From positions 672,001-736,000 of the forward strand of contig CAXXYH010000003.1 of assembly GCA_963677925.2 (NCBI GenBank): a DNA stretch of 64,000 nucleotides. Direction: 5' to 3'. The position numbers were made by a program, and so were the translations under genes. The DNA is from Spirochaetia bacterium (GTDB taxonomy: Bacteria; Spirochaetota; Spirochaetia; UBA9216). Numbering within the stretch: the first letter of the stretch is position 1; each line of letters begins with the position of its first letter. The notes under the pieces were generated by a model. It was not told the origin of the DNA, did no database searches, and worked only from the letters and a program-made list of their open reading frames with translations. This document shows positions 1 through 10,153 of this stretch, one piece after another.

Positions 1-102
1 CAAATGGACGCTCAGGAAAGGGAAAACGCATATTCCAGGGTACTGGAAATTTCAGGTAATGTAATCAGATTGATATATGAATTGAATGACCACCTAAAGT
101 AA
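1..102 (+). CDS. 3' end of an unidentified CDS entering from the left edge
   Basis: Frame 1 is open from base 1 (QMDAQERENAYSRVLEISGNVIRLIYELNDHLK) to TAA at 100-102 and converges on a terminator hairpin. Confidence 0.55.
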   Translation, partial: QMDAQERENAYSRVLEISGNVIRLIYELNDHLK

Positions 103-116
103 AAAACGCAGTAATT

Positions 117-144
117 AAAAAAAACCCGGGAATAACCCCGGGTT
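117..144 (-). terminator. Intrinsic terminator for def-fmt-PASTA (possibly bidirectional)
   Basis: Stem AACCCGGG (123-130) / CCCGGGTT (137-144), 6-nt loop; the A-run on + gives a U-tract on -. Confidence 0.75.
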
Positions 145-163
145 CAATTATTAATAGATAATT

Positions 164-1204
164 TTAATCTGTTGTCAGAGCCCTGATGGCATATGTAATA
201 ATTTCCTTATCAGCAACGCTTACCTTAAGAAGAGTATTTTCAGGTTCAAAGTACGGTATGGTTATCAGACCGCCCTTGTGTTTCATCTGAAAAAGTTCAG
301 TTCTGACACCGTCTGGAGTAATCTTGTCAACCTTCAGTGTTACAGGCACCTGGTAATCAGGCAGTGTTCTTTCAAGTATGCCGAAAACATATCCCTCCGG
401 TGCTTCCTGGGGTGCCGCTATAACAAACTGCATAATAGTATCGTTGGGAACTTCAGCATCAGCAGACGGAGACTGGCTCACAACAGTTCCGGGTGCTTCG
501 TTGGTTTTAGCCGGGGCAGATGTAAACACAAACTGTATATTGCTCTTTACAACACTTTCAATAACCTCACCGAAGGTAAGACTTGAATAATCAAGAACCT
601 TTCTGCTCTGTCCCTGAGGCCCCTTGCTGACTACCAGTTCCAGTTCAGTTGCCGAGGCAATCTCGGTACCTGGTTCCGGGTTCTGTACCAGAACGGTGCC
701 TACAGGAGAATCATCATAAATCCTTGTAATCGGTTTTTTAACCTGCAGAAGCGGGCCGTAAATTGAAACCATGCTCTTTATATGTGCTTCAAGATCATCA
801 ACGTTCCAGCCTACATAATCGTCTAGCTTTTCTACAGCCGAGCCCTTGCTCACCTTCAAAATAACCCTTGAACCGGCACGAACGCTTGTTCCAGGCTGAG
901 GATCCTGGCCTACGACAAGGCCTTTATCTTCAATATTCTGTGTGTATCTAAGCTGAACGCTTGAATAAAGCGCCTTTTCTTCGAGTTCAACCAGGGCGTT
1001 TTCAACCTCAAGTCCTGTAATATCAGGAACCATAGTCAGTTCAACGCCCTTAAGGGAAAGAAAGAATGTTGAAAAACCTGCAATAAGCATTATGATAATA
1101 ATGACAACTGCAAAAACCATAAAAGTCCTGAGAAACTTTTTCTCAGGGTCCTCAGAACCGTTTCCGAATAAAAGGTTCTGTAATTTGTTTCCGAGTGGGC
1201 CCAC
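164..1204 (-). CDS. Membrane-anchored PASTA-domain protein
   Basis: N-terminal TM helix, then three PASTA-like repeats (VPDITGL..., GLVVGQDPQPG, GTVLVQNPEPG, GTVVSQSPSAD); follows fmt as in other spirochaetes. Confidence 0.85.
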   Translation of the reverse strand: MGPLGNKLQNLLFGNGSEDPEKKFLRTFMVFAVVIIIIMLIAGFSTFFLSLKGVELTMVPDITGLEVENALVELEEKALYSSVQLRYTQNIEDKGLVVGQDPQPGTSVRAGSRVILKVSKGSAVEKLDDYVGWNVDDLEAHIKSMVSIYGPLLQVKKPITRIYDDSPVGTVLVQNPEPGTEIASATELELVVSKGPQGQSRKVLDYSSLTFGEVIESVVKSNIQFVFTSAPAKTNEAPGTVVSQSPSADAEVPNDTIMQFVIAAPQEAPEGYVFGILERTLPDYQVPVTLKVDKITPDGVRTELFQMKHKGGLITIPYFEPENTLLKVSVADKEIITYAIRALTTD

Positions 1205-2160
1205 TACTCTCCTCCAAGTACTGTGTTGGTAAAATCTTTAACACCGTTCAGGAAATCTTTCCATCCTAGTGCCTTCTTTGACTGAAGCTGCAGCTTTTTT
1301 ACTGAAATAAAACCGTCTCCGGTTTTAACCAGTATACCCGACTTTTTATCAGGTACAGCAACAGTTCCTGCAGCTTTATCCATTAAGTCTCCGGCTGTCT
1401 CCGGCAGGTTTTCTGGATAAATCTCAGCTTCCAGGATATTAAGTTTTTTACCGTTAAAAAATGTATAGATTCCGGGCCATGGTGTAAAGGCCCTTAACTG
1501 TCTGTCTATATGATCCGCGCTGCGGTTCCAGTCTATTTCACCGTCTTCCTTGTTTATATAGGAACAGTAGGTTGCAAGGCTTTCATCCTGTTCATGTTCA
1601 ACAGCATTCCCGTTTTCGATGTCTGTAATAACCTCAGATAAGAGCTCGGCGCCCCTGTGAGCAAAATAATCGGTCAGCCATTCAGTAGTTTCTGTTCCGT
1701 TATAAACGTAGCGTTCCTGGCTTAGTATTGCACCGCTGTCCATTTTAAGCGCAAGTCTCTGAATTGAAACACCTGTCTCTGTTTCACCGGCTATAAGTGC
1801 GGCAGGAATTGGACTGGCTCCCCGGTATTTGGGAAGAAGCGAAGGATGAACATTTAATCCGCCCTGAGGAAAGACATCAATAAAATCCTTTTTAAAGATT
1901 TTTCCAAAGGCGGTTACAGCTAGAATATCCGGCTTTAAAGCCTTTATTTCATTGATAAAAGCCTCATCCAGGGCTTCAGGCTGATAAGTTCTTATTCCAA
2001 GCTCATCAGCCTTTACTTTAACCGGGCAGCACTTTATTTCACGGCCACGGCCGCAGCCTCTGTCCGGATTAGTCAGCACAGCTATAACATCATGATTCCG
2101 GCTTAAAACCTCCAGAGATGGAACGGCTATATCGGGAGTTCCTGCAAATAGTACTCTCAT
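1204..2160 (-). CDS. fmt: Methionyl-tRNA formyltransferase
   Basis: MRVLFAGTPDIA start, NVHPSLLPKYRGASPI motif, adjacent to def. Confidence 0.97.
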   Translation of the reverse strand: MRVLFAGTPDIAVPSLEVLSRNHDVIAVLTNPDRGCGRGREIKCCPVKVKADELGIRTYQPEALDEAFINEIKALKPDILAVTAFGKIFKKDFIDVFPQGGLNVHPSLLPKYRGASPIPAALIAGETETGVSIQRLALKMDSGAILSQERYVYNGTETTEWLTDYFAHRGAELLSEVITDIENGNAVEHEQDESLATYCSYINKEDGEIDWNRSADHIDRQLRAFTPWPGIYTFFNGKKLNILEAEIYPENLPETAGDLMDKAAGTVAVPDKKSGILVKTGDGFISVKKLQLQSKKALGWKDFLNGVKDFTNTVLGGE

Positions 2161-2166
2161 ACCCTG

Positions 2167-2664
2167 TTATTTGCGATCCTTTTTCTGATATATTTTCAAG
2201 AGCCTTTCGCGTTTCTTTTCGTTAAGTCTGTCTATGAACAGCCGGCCTCTAAGATGATCATATTCATGCTGAATAACCCTTGCAAGAATCCCGTCTGCAT
2301 CCAGAGTAAAAGGTTTTCCCTTTTCATTCCATGCCTGAATGGTAATCTGATCCGGCCTCATGACTTCCGCATAAATACCGGGAATGCTCAGACAGCCTTC
2401 TTCATACGGAACAAGGGCCTCAGATGTACTGATAATTTCAGGGTTGATAAAGACCCTCGGAATATCGTTCTGGGCATGAGTAACAAAGATCCTCAGCTGT
2501 TCATTTACCTGCGGACCGGCAAGTCCTATTCCCTTATAAACACTTAAAGATTCTATCATTGCCTGGGCAAGCCGCTCAATTTTTTCGTCAATATCGGCCA
2601 CACTTGCAGCTTGTTTGTATAATACCGGTTCTTTCTCCGAACCAATCGTAACTACCTCTATCAT
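2167..2664 (-). CDS. def: Peptide deformylase
   Basis: GIGLAGPQ, EEGCLSIPG and QHEYDHL motifs. Confidence 0.97.
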   Translation of the reverse strand: MIEVVTIGSEKEPVLYKQAASVADIDEKIERLAQAMIESLSVYKGIGLAGPQVNEQLRIFVTHAQNDIPRVFINPEIISTSEALVPYEEGCLSIPGIYAEVMRPDQITIQAWNEKGKPFTLDADGILARVIQHEYDHLRGRLFIDRLNEKKRERLLKIYQKKDRK

Positions 2665-2718
2665 AACTTAATAATACTATTTATTTTCTTCATTGAAAAG
2701 TAGATACGGATACTCCGC

Positions 2719-2764
2719 TTTCTAACCGATTTCTAATGATTTTCTAACAATCCAGATTTATTAT
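2719..2764 (+). promoter_or_regulatory. Three 11-bp-spaced direct repeats (Pho-box-like) plus a -10 element
   Basis: TTTCTAA at 2719, 2730 and 2741; TATTAT at 2759-2764; ATG at 2771. Confidence 0.6.
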
Positions 2765-2770
2765 CTGGAC

Positions 2771-4567
2771 ATGGTACTGACCAATATAGACCCGGATCGG
2801 ATATGCTGCCGGGAGAAATGGACTGATAATATCGACAAACTCGATTATGCCTTTCAGCCTATAGTAAATATTCATACAGGTATTACGCTTGGATTTGAAG
2901 CACTGTTAAGGGGATGCAGCGAAGCCGGATTTAATTCTATAAATGAACTTTTCGACCTTGCCTACAATGAAACCACTCTTTACAGCCTGGATCTCCATCT
3001 TAGAGAACTTGCCATAAGCAAACTTTACAGCAGACGGGAATTTTCCGAGCTGAAGCTGTTTTATAATCTCGATAACCGTACACTTGAAATGCCTGATTAT
3101 AACGAAGGAAATACCAGCAAATTTCTTCAGAAAAAGGGTCTTTATCCCGGAAATATATGTTTTGAAATCTCAGAAAAACACGAATTCAACTGCTATAACG
3201 ATATCCACTTCATTCTGAAGAATTATAAGAACCAGAATTTCCGTCTGGCAATAGATGACTTCGGCTCTGGATATGCCGGACTCACCCTGCTATATCACAG
3301 TGAATCTGATTATATAAAAATCGATAGATTTTTCATCGAAAACATCAACAGCGACAGCCGGAAGAAATTCTTTGTTGCCAACGTTGTTAACCTTGCCCAT
3401 ATGATGGGCCTCTCGGTAATAGCAGAAGGAATAGAAACTGTCGGAGAGTTTTACGTCTGCAGGGAAATCGGCTGCGACTATGCTCAGGGATATCTTATTC
3501 AGCGGCCTGAACTAGATACCGCAAAGCTGCAGCTTACCTACCCTGAAGTTGAGAAATTCATAATCAAACAGCAGAGAAAGGAAGACGGCGACACCGATAT
3601 GATACGGAAGGAGATCGATAAACTCCAGCCTGTTTTAATCGACTGTTCAACCGAAGATATCCTGGAAGTTTTCAGGAATGAACAAACCTACTGCTGTCTG
3701 CCTGTTATAAATAATTTCAATGAACCGATCGGCCTTCTGCGTGAAAAAGACCTTAAGAAATACGTCTATTCCCCATACGGAATCTCCATCCTGCAGCATA
3801 AATCCAACAGTGAGGGTATCGAAAGCCTTATTTTCAGGGCTCCTGTAATGGAAATATCCACTCCAATAGAGAAAATTCTTGAACTGTACAGCCTTAACCA
3901 GCAGCTTGAAAGTGTAATAATTACAGAAAACGGCCGATATGTTGGGATCCTTGAATCAAGCGCTATTCTTAGAATTCTCAGCGAGAAAAAGATATCCATT
4001 GCCCAGGATCAGAATCCGCTGACAAGACTTCCCGGAAATTCGAGCATAAACAGCTATATTGCAGGTCTTGTGAAGAAATCGGGGCAGGACAGGATTGTGG
4101 CATACTTTGATTTTGATAATTTTAAACCCTTCAATGATGCCTACGGTTTCAGACAGGGCGACCGGATAATCAGACTATTTGCTGATATTCTACGGGAACA
4201 CAGCGAAGTCGGAAAGGAATTTATTGGACATATCGGGGGTGATGATTTTTTTGCCGGATATTCTATGGCAACACATCATCAGCATAGAATTGTAAGCGAG
4301 ATTAGAAGTATTATTGAGCGTTTTGAAAGTGACTGTCAGAGCTTCTACAAGGAGGAAGACAGATTAAACGGATACATCATAGCCAAGAACCGCAGCGGCA
4401 GGATGACAAAAATGCCGCTGCTTTCGGTAAGCGCGGCGGTAATCTGCATTAATGGTGTACCTGAAAACTATACATCTGAAAACTTTTCTGAACGGATTGC
4501 AGCCCTGAAGGTCCTGGCAAAAAAATCAAAGGACCATGTCGCTATCGACTACCTCACAGAAGGCTGA
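2771..4567 (+). CDS. EAL-CBS-GGDEF c-di-GMP phosphodiesterase/cyclase (RapA-like architecture)
   Basis: FQPIV...EALLR, AIDDFGSG, KIDRFF, AEGIET, QGY; CBS-like middle; DQNPLTRLPGN, FDNFKPFND, HIGGDDF. Confidence 0.92.
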   Translation: MVLTNIDPDRICCREKWTDNIDKLDYAFQPIVNIHTGITLGFEALLRGCSEAGFNSINELFDLAYNETTLYSLDLHLRELAISKLYSRREFSELKLFYNLDNRTLEMPDYNEGNTSKFLQKKGLYPGNICFEISEKHEFNCYNDIHFILKNYKNQNFRLAIDDFGSGYAGLTLLYHSESDYIKIDRFFIENINSDSRKKFFVANVVNLAHMMGLSVIAEGIETVGEFYVCREIGCDYAQGYLIQRPELDTAKLQLTYPEVEKFIIKQQRKEDGDTDMIRKEIDKLQPVLIDCSTEDILEVFRNEQTYCCLPVINNFNEPIGLLREKDLKKYVYSPYGISILQHKSNSEGIESLIFRAPVMEISTPIEKILELYSLNQQLESVIITENGRYVGILESSAILRILSEKKISIAQDQNPLTRLPGNSSINSYIAGLVKKSGQDRIVAYFDFDNFKPFNDAYGFRQGDRIIRLFADILREHSEVGKEFIGHIGGDDFFAGYSMATHHQHRIVSEIRSIIERFESDCQSFYKEEDRLNGYIIAKNRSGRMTKMPLLSVSAAVICINGVPENYTSENFSERIAALKVLAKKSKDHVAIDYLTEG

Positions 4568-6533
4568 CGGGATCAACATCAGTTTCAAGGTAAATTCCCG
4601 AGGGAACCTTAAATTGAAGTATTGCACCGGAAAGCAGTGCATGAACCTTATTAAACTGTGATGTTCTAATGATTATCTGAGCCCGGTAATTCCCGGCAAT
4701 CATCGATATAGGACATTCAGCAGGGCCCAGGGTCTCAGTTTCCCCATTGTCATCTATACCGGCCTTTGTGTAATCAAGCCTGCCTGCAAACCTGTCCGCG
4801 GTCTCAAAAACCCGCTCCTCATTCTTTCCGCGGAACACTATCCTGAACAGGCGGGCATAGGGCGGGAATCCCAGCATTTTTCTTGTTTCAAGCTCGTTAT
4901 TATAAAATGCTTCGGAATCTATTGATGCGGCAAGCTGGACTGCCTGGTTTTCGGGCTTGAAGGTCTGAATCAGCACCCTTCCGTCGGGTATATAGCGTCC
5001 GGCACGGCCCGAGACCTGAACTATAAGATTAAAGGTCCGTTCATAGGATCGGAAATCAGGCAGATGAAGGCCTGTATCGGCAAGTACGATGCCGACAAGC
5101 TTTACTCCTGGAAAATTCAGCCCCTTTGCAACCATCTGGGTTCCGAGCAGGATATCAATTTCACCCCTTTTAAAGCGGTCAAGGACATCCTTAAGACTGC
5201 CCCGCTGCTTTACAGAATCGGTATCTACACGCTCAATCCGAAGTGACGGGAACATCTGCTTCAGGTCATCTTCAATCATCTCGGTACCGAAACCTGAGTA
5301 CCCGGTATCAAGCGAGCCGCACTCAGGACATACATCCACGGGTTTCTCGGAATAGCCGCAGTAGTGACAGACCAGACGGTTGCGGTGCTTGTGGTATGTA
5401 AGCGATACAGAACAGTTTCGGCAGCGTGCTTCATAACCGCAGGTACGGCAGTGAAAAAAGTAGCTGAAACCGCGGCGATTGAGAAACAGTATAGACTGTC
5501 TGCCCTCATCCGCAGTGTCGCGCAAAGCCTTTTCAAGCGGAGCCGAAATGCTGCCGTTGTATTTTTTCATATCTATCAGCTCGATCGACGGAAGTGCTCC
5601 GCCGGAGAGTCTTGCCGAAAGGTTGTACCCCTTGATCACACCTGAGCGAACCATATGCCAGGCTTCTAGAGAGGGTGTTGCACTGCCCATGACAAGCCTT
5701 GCCCCTTCGGAGGATATTATCCGCATTGCAACCTGTCTGGCATGATAGCGCGGTTTTGACGAGGACTTGTATGCACCCTCATGTTCTTCATCAATTATTA
5801 TCAAACCTATATCGGGAACCGGTGCAAATATGGCACTTCTGGCACCGATAACAAAACGGGCTTCGCCCTTTTTTATCTTCATCCACTCTACAAGTTTCTG
5901 GGATGGGGTAAGGCTTGAATGAAGAACCGCCACTCCTTTACCGAAGCGGTGCGAGACTTCTTCAACAAGCTGATGGGTAAGTGAAATTTCCGGGACAAGG
6001 TAAATAACCCCCTGCCCCTGTGAAAGAACAGCTTCGGCAATACGTAGAAAGACCTCGGTTTTGCCGGAACCTGTTATACCGCTTAGATAGCTTATACCGC
6101 CCTCGGTTGAAAGGATTCCGTCAATAGCGGATTTCTGCTCGTCAGAGAGTGTAATTTCCTTTTTAACAGGGAGGCTGAACTCTTCGAGTGCGGGCATCAG
6201 GCTTTCGCGTTTCCCCCCTGGAAGCATGGCTGAAAGGGCTTCACCCTGGGAGCAGAAATACATACCGGCTATCCATGATGCAAGTTCGGCCTCTCTTTTC
6301 GAGAATACCGGTTCCTTGTCTATGCATCGGGAGATTTCTTTTATTTTAAAATCTCCTTCGGGTTCAGGAACGCCGGTTTTAATCACAAAACCATTCATTT
6401 TTCTGCTGCCGAATGGTGCTGCAACCCGGACACCTACAGGTATTTCCATACCTTCCGGAACCCGGTAGGTATAGCTTCCAGGAACCGGGGTATTAAATAT
6501 AATTTCTATAAATTTATCAGAGGCTGAACTCAT
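4554..6533 (-). CDS. priA: Primosomal protein N' helicase
   Basis: GITGSGKTE, IIIDEEHE, four CxxC Zn motifs, GTQMVAKG, QVSGRAGR. Confidence 0.97.
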   Translation of the reverse strand: MSSASDKFIEIIFNTPVPGSYTYRVPEGMEIPVGVRVAAPFGSRKMNGFVIKTGVPEPEGDFKIKEISRCIDKEPVFSKREAELASWIAGMYFCSQGEALSAMLPGGKRESLMPALEEFSLPVKKEITLSDEQKSAIDGILSTEGGISYLSGITGSGKTEVFLRIAEAVLSQGQGVIYLVPEISLTHQLVEEVSHRFGKGVAVLHSSLTPSQKLVEWMKIKKGEARFVIGARSAIFAPVPDIGLIIIDEEHEGAYKSSSKPRYHARQVAMRIISSEGARLVMGSATPSLEAWHMVRSGVIKGYNLSARLSGGALPSIELIDMKKYNGSISAPLEKALRDTADEGRQSILFLNRRGFSYFFHCRTCGYEARCRNCSVSLTYHKHRNRLVCHYCGYSEKPVDVCPECGSLDTGYSGFGTEMIEDDLKQMFPSLRIERVDTDSVKQRGSLKDVLDRFKRGEIDILLGTQMVAKGLNFPGVKLVGIVLADTGLHLPDFRSYERTFNLIVQVSGRAGRYIPDGRVLIQTFKPENQAVQLAASIDSEAFYNNELETRKMLGFPPYARLFRIVFRGKNEERVFETADRFAGRLDYTKAGIDDNGETETLGPAECPISMIAGNYRAQIIIRTSQFNKVHALLSGAILQFKVPSGIYLETDVDPVSLL

Positions 6534-7246
6534 TTTCCGGAAGCCAGTGACTCAATAAGATTTTTAAGCCTTCTAAGATCATCCCAGACAGCAGATCTCA
6601 GTTCCGGGTTTCTTAGTACGGCACTGGGGTGATAAGTTGGAATAACGGGAATATCGTTGTAATAAAATGTGTGATTTCTAAGACGCCCGATGCCGTCTTC
6701 ACTGCTGCATATTACCTGAGAGGCAAACCTTCCCAGAGTTACAATCGTCAGCGGTTTGAGCAAGGCCAGCTGACGATCGAGAAAATGCCTGCAGGCTCCT
6801 ATTTCATCCGGAAGAGGATCTCGGTTTCCGGGCGGACGGCATTTAATTATATTTCCGATAAAACAGTCTTTCTGTCTGTCCAGGCCTATAGCCGAAACCC
6901 ATTTATCAAGATACTGCCCGGCCTTCCCGACAAAGGGTCTGCCGCTGCGGTCTTCATCCGCGCCGGGGCCTTCACCTATAAACATAACAACAGGGTTCAC
7001 AGCACCCTCTCCCGGAACAACATTGGTCCTGGTAGATGCAAGCCGGCAGACCGTACATCCGCCTATTTCAGCGGATATGCTTTCCAGATTATCGTCTGAG
7101 CTTTCCCCTGCAGCTGGGTCTGTAAAAGAGGAAGCTGCCGGAGTTATGCTGTAGTTCTGCCGTTTCCCGGGAGTTTTCCATCCGTCGCGGATAAAATCTT
7201 CGGCAGTGTTTATCAAATCAATGTAATCAGAAAAAGTCTCGTTCAT
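6530..7246 (-). CDS. Family-4 uracil-DNA glycosylase
   Basis: CTVCRL Fe-S Cys, IGEGPGADED, PFVGKAG, KCRPP, TYHPSA; start set to MNETF (7246) because the longer ORF overlaps truA extensively. Confidence 0.92.
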   Translation of the reverse strand: MNETFSDYIDLINTAEDFIRDGWKTPGKRQNYSITPAASSFTDPAAGESSDDNLESISAEIGGCTVCRLASTRTNVVPGEGAVNPVVMFIGEGPGADEDRSGRPFVGKAGQYLDKWVSAIGLDRQKDCFIGNIIKCRPPGNRDPLPDEIGACRHFLDRQLALLKPLTIVTLGRFASQVICSSEDGIGRLRNHTFYYNDIPVIPTYHPSAVLRNPELRSAVWDDLRRLKNLIESLASGK

Positions 7247-7982
7247 TATAAAGTACCCTGTCCAGAAATAGTCCTTTTGCAGGGGCTGTAGCCCCTGCAT
7301 TTTCACGGATTCCGCTGTCAAGAATCCTGCCCATCGCAGACGCATCTGCGCCATCGGATTCAAGCTGAACAGCAGTTCCTACAATGCTTCTAACCATCCG
7401 CCATAAAAAAGCGTTTCCCGCAATCTTAAACACGAGGAATTCATGCTGCGGATAGAAAACTGCACTGTAAAGCCGGCGAACCTTTGATTCACTCGGGTCT
7501 CCGGCTGCAGTAAAAGCAGTAAAATCGTGTACACCCGCAAGAGGGGCAGTCAGCCGGTTGAGCACTCTTATATCCGGCGTCTGGCGCAGCCGCCAGCAGT
7601 ATTTATCTTCATGGGGCAGGCTTCGGCCGCCTGTACGTATATAATAGCGGTAAATTCTAATTTTTGCATCAAACCTTGAATGAAATTCATCATCCGCTTC
7701 ACAGGACGAAAGAATAGTTACATCTCCGGGAAGAAGAGAATTAATCGCATCGGTAAACTTGTAATCGGGGATGTTCTCTTTTTCGGTGTAAAAATTCGCG
7801 ACCTGCCCGTTTGCATGCACTCCGGAATCAGTCCGGCCCGACCCCGTCAGCCGTACTGCTTTCCCATGAATAGTCTGTAGTGCTTTTTCAATCTCTTCCT
7901 GTACGGTACGGCCGTTCTTCTGCACCTGCCAGCCGTTAAAATCTGTACCGTCGTATGAGATTGTAAGCCTGATATTTCTCAT
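7227..7982 (-). CDS. truA: tRNA pseudouridine(38-40) synthase
   Basis: YDGTDFNGWQVQ, GSGRTDSGVHA, FLWRMVRSIVG. Confidence 0.97.
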   Translation of the reverse strand: MRNIRLTISYDGTDFNGWQVQKNGRTVQEEIEKALQTIHGKAVRLTGSGRTDSGVHANGQVANFYTEKENIPDYKFTDAINSLLPGDVTILSSCEADDEFHSRFDAKIRIYRYYIRTGGRSLPHEDKYCWRLRQTPDIRVLNRLTAPLAGVHDFTAFTAAGDPSESKVRRLYSAVFYPQHEFLVFKIAGNAFLWRMVRSIVGTAVQLESDGADASAMGRILDSGIRENAGATAPAKGLFLDRVLYNERDFF

Positions 7983-7988
7983 TGCTAC

Positions 7989-8837
7989 TCAGCCTTCACT
8001 CATCTCTGAAGACATTTTTTCATAAAGGTCTTTTGCGTGTTCAAGAAGCGCTGAAGGCTTATCCTTGGAAGCCTTTCCCATTCCGAAAAGCCTGGCTACC
8101 GCCCTCTTTGCAAATTCAAGCCGTTTTTTTCTAATCTCAAAATCGTCTTTGCTTCCATACCGGTATTCAAGAAGTCCGCTCAGATAAAAGACTCCGTCAT
8201 GAGCATAATTTTTATCAAGATCGGGACCAAGATGCTGAACCTCTGCCAGGCTTTCAGTTGCATCCTGTTCATATTCAACGGCCAGACTGTAGAAAAACTG
8301 AGCCTTGTGATAGAAAATCTTTGAAAGATAATCATAGTTATCATTGGGATAGCGTCTATGCAGATCAGTAAAAATCCACGCTGCACGAAGAGCGGAGATA
8401 CCGCATTTCATTGTTGGAGAATGATCATGGGGAAAGTGCTCATAACAGGATATTGCAAGAAAGTAACTGGCAGCGCCCTCTTTCAGCCCGCGGTTATTTG
8501 TAAAATCAACATCAGGCAGGATCCTGTTCAGGCTGTTTTTACGTGTATCCGTCTCACTCTTTAGAATTTCTGCTGCAGATTCAGGTACATGATCAAAATC
8601 CTGCCCGTATGCGGCATACAGACACGACGGGCATACAGTAACCGGATAGTTAAGCGGACAGACATCTCCATATTTCTGGGAAGGCTCATAAAGCCGCCTC
8701 AGTTCATCGGTAAGTTCACCGGCAATAAGCCGGCCTCTTCCGGTCAGCAGTTCCTCTTTCTTAAAACTGCTTCCGCATACAGGGCATTCGACATCCTTCT
8801 TGGACCAGAACGTTATTTTACTCTCACCTTCTGCCAT
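7989..8837 (-). CDS. DUF2225-family Zn-binding protein
   Basis: CPVC...CPSC pair, LRAAW motif; lies between acpS and truA as in spirochaetes. Confidence 0.8.
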   Translation of the reverse strand: MAEGESKITFWSKKDVECPVCGSSFKKEELLTGRGRLIAGELTDELRRLYEPSQKYGDVCPLNYPVTVCPSCLYAAYGQDFDHVPESAAEILKSETDTRKNSLNRILPDVDFTNNRGLKEGAASYFLAISCYEHFPHDHSPTMKCGISALRAAWIFTDLHRRYPNDNYDYLSKIFYHKAQFFYSLAVEYEQDATESLAEVQHLGPDLDKNYAHDGVFYLSGLLEYRYGSKDDFEIRKKRLEFAKRAVARLFGMGKASKDKPSALLEHAKDLYEKMSSEMSEG

Positions 8838-8838
8838 A

Positions 8839-9210
8839 TCAGCTCTCCAGAACTACAACAGCTACAGCGTTGTCTCTTTCGTGTGTCATTGATACGAAGA
8901 TATTTTGTGCACCGAACGCTTCAAGAGCCCGCTTTGCCGTGTCATGTACTTTTATATCAGGTTTGCCGTTGTGGTTTGAAACCACCTGGATATCTTTTAA
9001 ATTGATTCCGGTAAGCCCGGTCCCCATTGCTTTACCAAGAGCTTCCTTGGCTGCAAATCTTGCAGCGAGAGAAACAGCACGTGATGATTTACGTGATTCT
9101 GCATCAGCAATTTCCTGTGGATGAAAAAATCTTTCAATCAGCCCCGGAATTGAATCCCAGTGCTCCAGACGCTCTACATGGACTATGTCTACACCTATTC
9201 CTCTAATCAC
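8839..9210 (-). CDS. acpS: Holo-ACP synthase
   Basis: GIGVDIV, ARFAAKEA, SMTHE. Confidence 0.96.
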   Translation of the reverse strand: MIRGIGVDIVHVERLEHWDSIPGLIERFFHPQEIADAESRKSSRAVSLAARFAAKEALGKAMGTGLTGINLKDIQVVSNHNGKPDIKVHDTAKRALEAFGAQNIFVSMTHERDNAVAVVVLES

Positions 9211-10153
9211 CGGCTTCTTCCTTTTTCACTTCTATATTTATCACTTCAGGAGAATATTTCAGGACTGCAAGTCCCGGCGGAACAAGCGGCTGTATACTGA
9301 TATCAAACCGGCCTTCCTCTGTTATAGCGCTGCAGTCGGCTATCAGTGAAAAATCAGCTGTTGTAGTATCTTCCAGCTCAAGCTGCTTCCCCTGAACCTT
9401 TATCTGGCCCGAACCCTGCGCTCCAACTATGTACAGTTCCTGCGGCAGATCAAGATAGATAATTCCGATATTTTCAAAGGTTTTCAGAATGACGGTTTCC
9501 TTTACAATGCCCTGAAATCCCACAGTATCCCCGGACGGAAAGCTGAGGTACGGGTCGTTGACTTTAAGTTTTGCTCTGATGTAAAAATCCTGATTTTTAC
9601 CTTCAAGGCTTATATCCTCGGTCGGCACAAAATCAAGCTGCTCAATATGACTGCGGGGTCCTTCAATAATTATATCCTCATCACTTAGAAGATACTGATC
9701 AAGTTCCCAGCCTTTTTCCGGATATCCGCTCAGCTGCGGCTGTATCTTTACAGACCTTGATATTTTTCTCTCAAGCTCTACAGTAATCTCATCAGGGTCT
9801 ATACGTACTTCAAGCGGTTCAACCTTCTCGGCGCTGCCGGTCTTTTTAAACTTAAGAACCTCGCGGAACTGTCCTTCCGAATTATGTGCTGAAAAATCAG
9901 CATATATTTCTATATCATCCTCAAGAATCATGAAGACATTTTCTTCCGATCCGCGAAGTGTCACCTTGACCGTAGAAGGGACATTGCTGGCAACTGCATA
10001 GCCCTCGTTAATTATTAGATCGAGGGGGACAGTAATGAAGCGTTCCTCCAGACTGGATGCCCTGTAAAAAAGGAACAGCAGAACTGCCGCAAATAAAGAG
10101 AGTATCTTGGCGGGCCAGTTCCGTTCCACCATGCGGGTAAATTTATTATCCAA
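9203..10153 (-). CDS. cdaR: CdaR/YbbR-like regulator of diadenylate cyclase
   Basis: N-terminal TM, YbbR-like repeats, directly downstream of cdaA; TTG start at 10153 preceded by GAGGGG SD. Confidence 0.82.
   Translation of the reverse strand: MDNKFTRMVERNWPAKILSLFAAVLLFLFYRASSLEERFITVPLDLIINEGYAVASNVPSTVKVTLRGSEENVFMILEDDIEIYADFSAHNSEGQFREVLKFKKTGSAEKVEPLEVRIDPDEITVELERKISRSVKIQPQLSGYPEKGWELDQYLLSDEDIIIEGPRSHIEQLDFVPTEDISLEGKNQDFYIRAKLKVNDPYLSFPSGDTVGFQGIVKETVILKTFENIGIIYLDLPQELYIVGAQGSGQIKVQGKQLELEDTTTADFSLIADCSAITEEGRFDISIQPLVPPGLAVLKYSPEVINIEVKKEEAGD

Noticed and set aside
2751-2769. Hairpin TCCAGAT-TTATT-ATCTGGA as a terminator
   Set aside because: It lies between divergent genes over the -10 element with no U-tract; it could be an operator but there is no support
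7247-7363. Long N-terminal extensions given by the track for UDG (also hisD 20885, GyrI 44410, radical SAM 35490, thioredoxin-like 54219)
   Set aside because: They overlap neighbouring genes or regulatory sites; downstream starts have better SD/promoter context and match family N-termini
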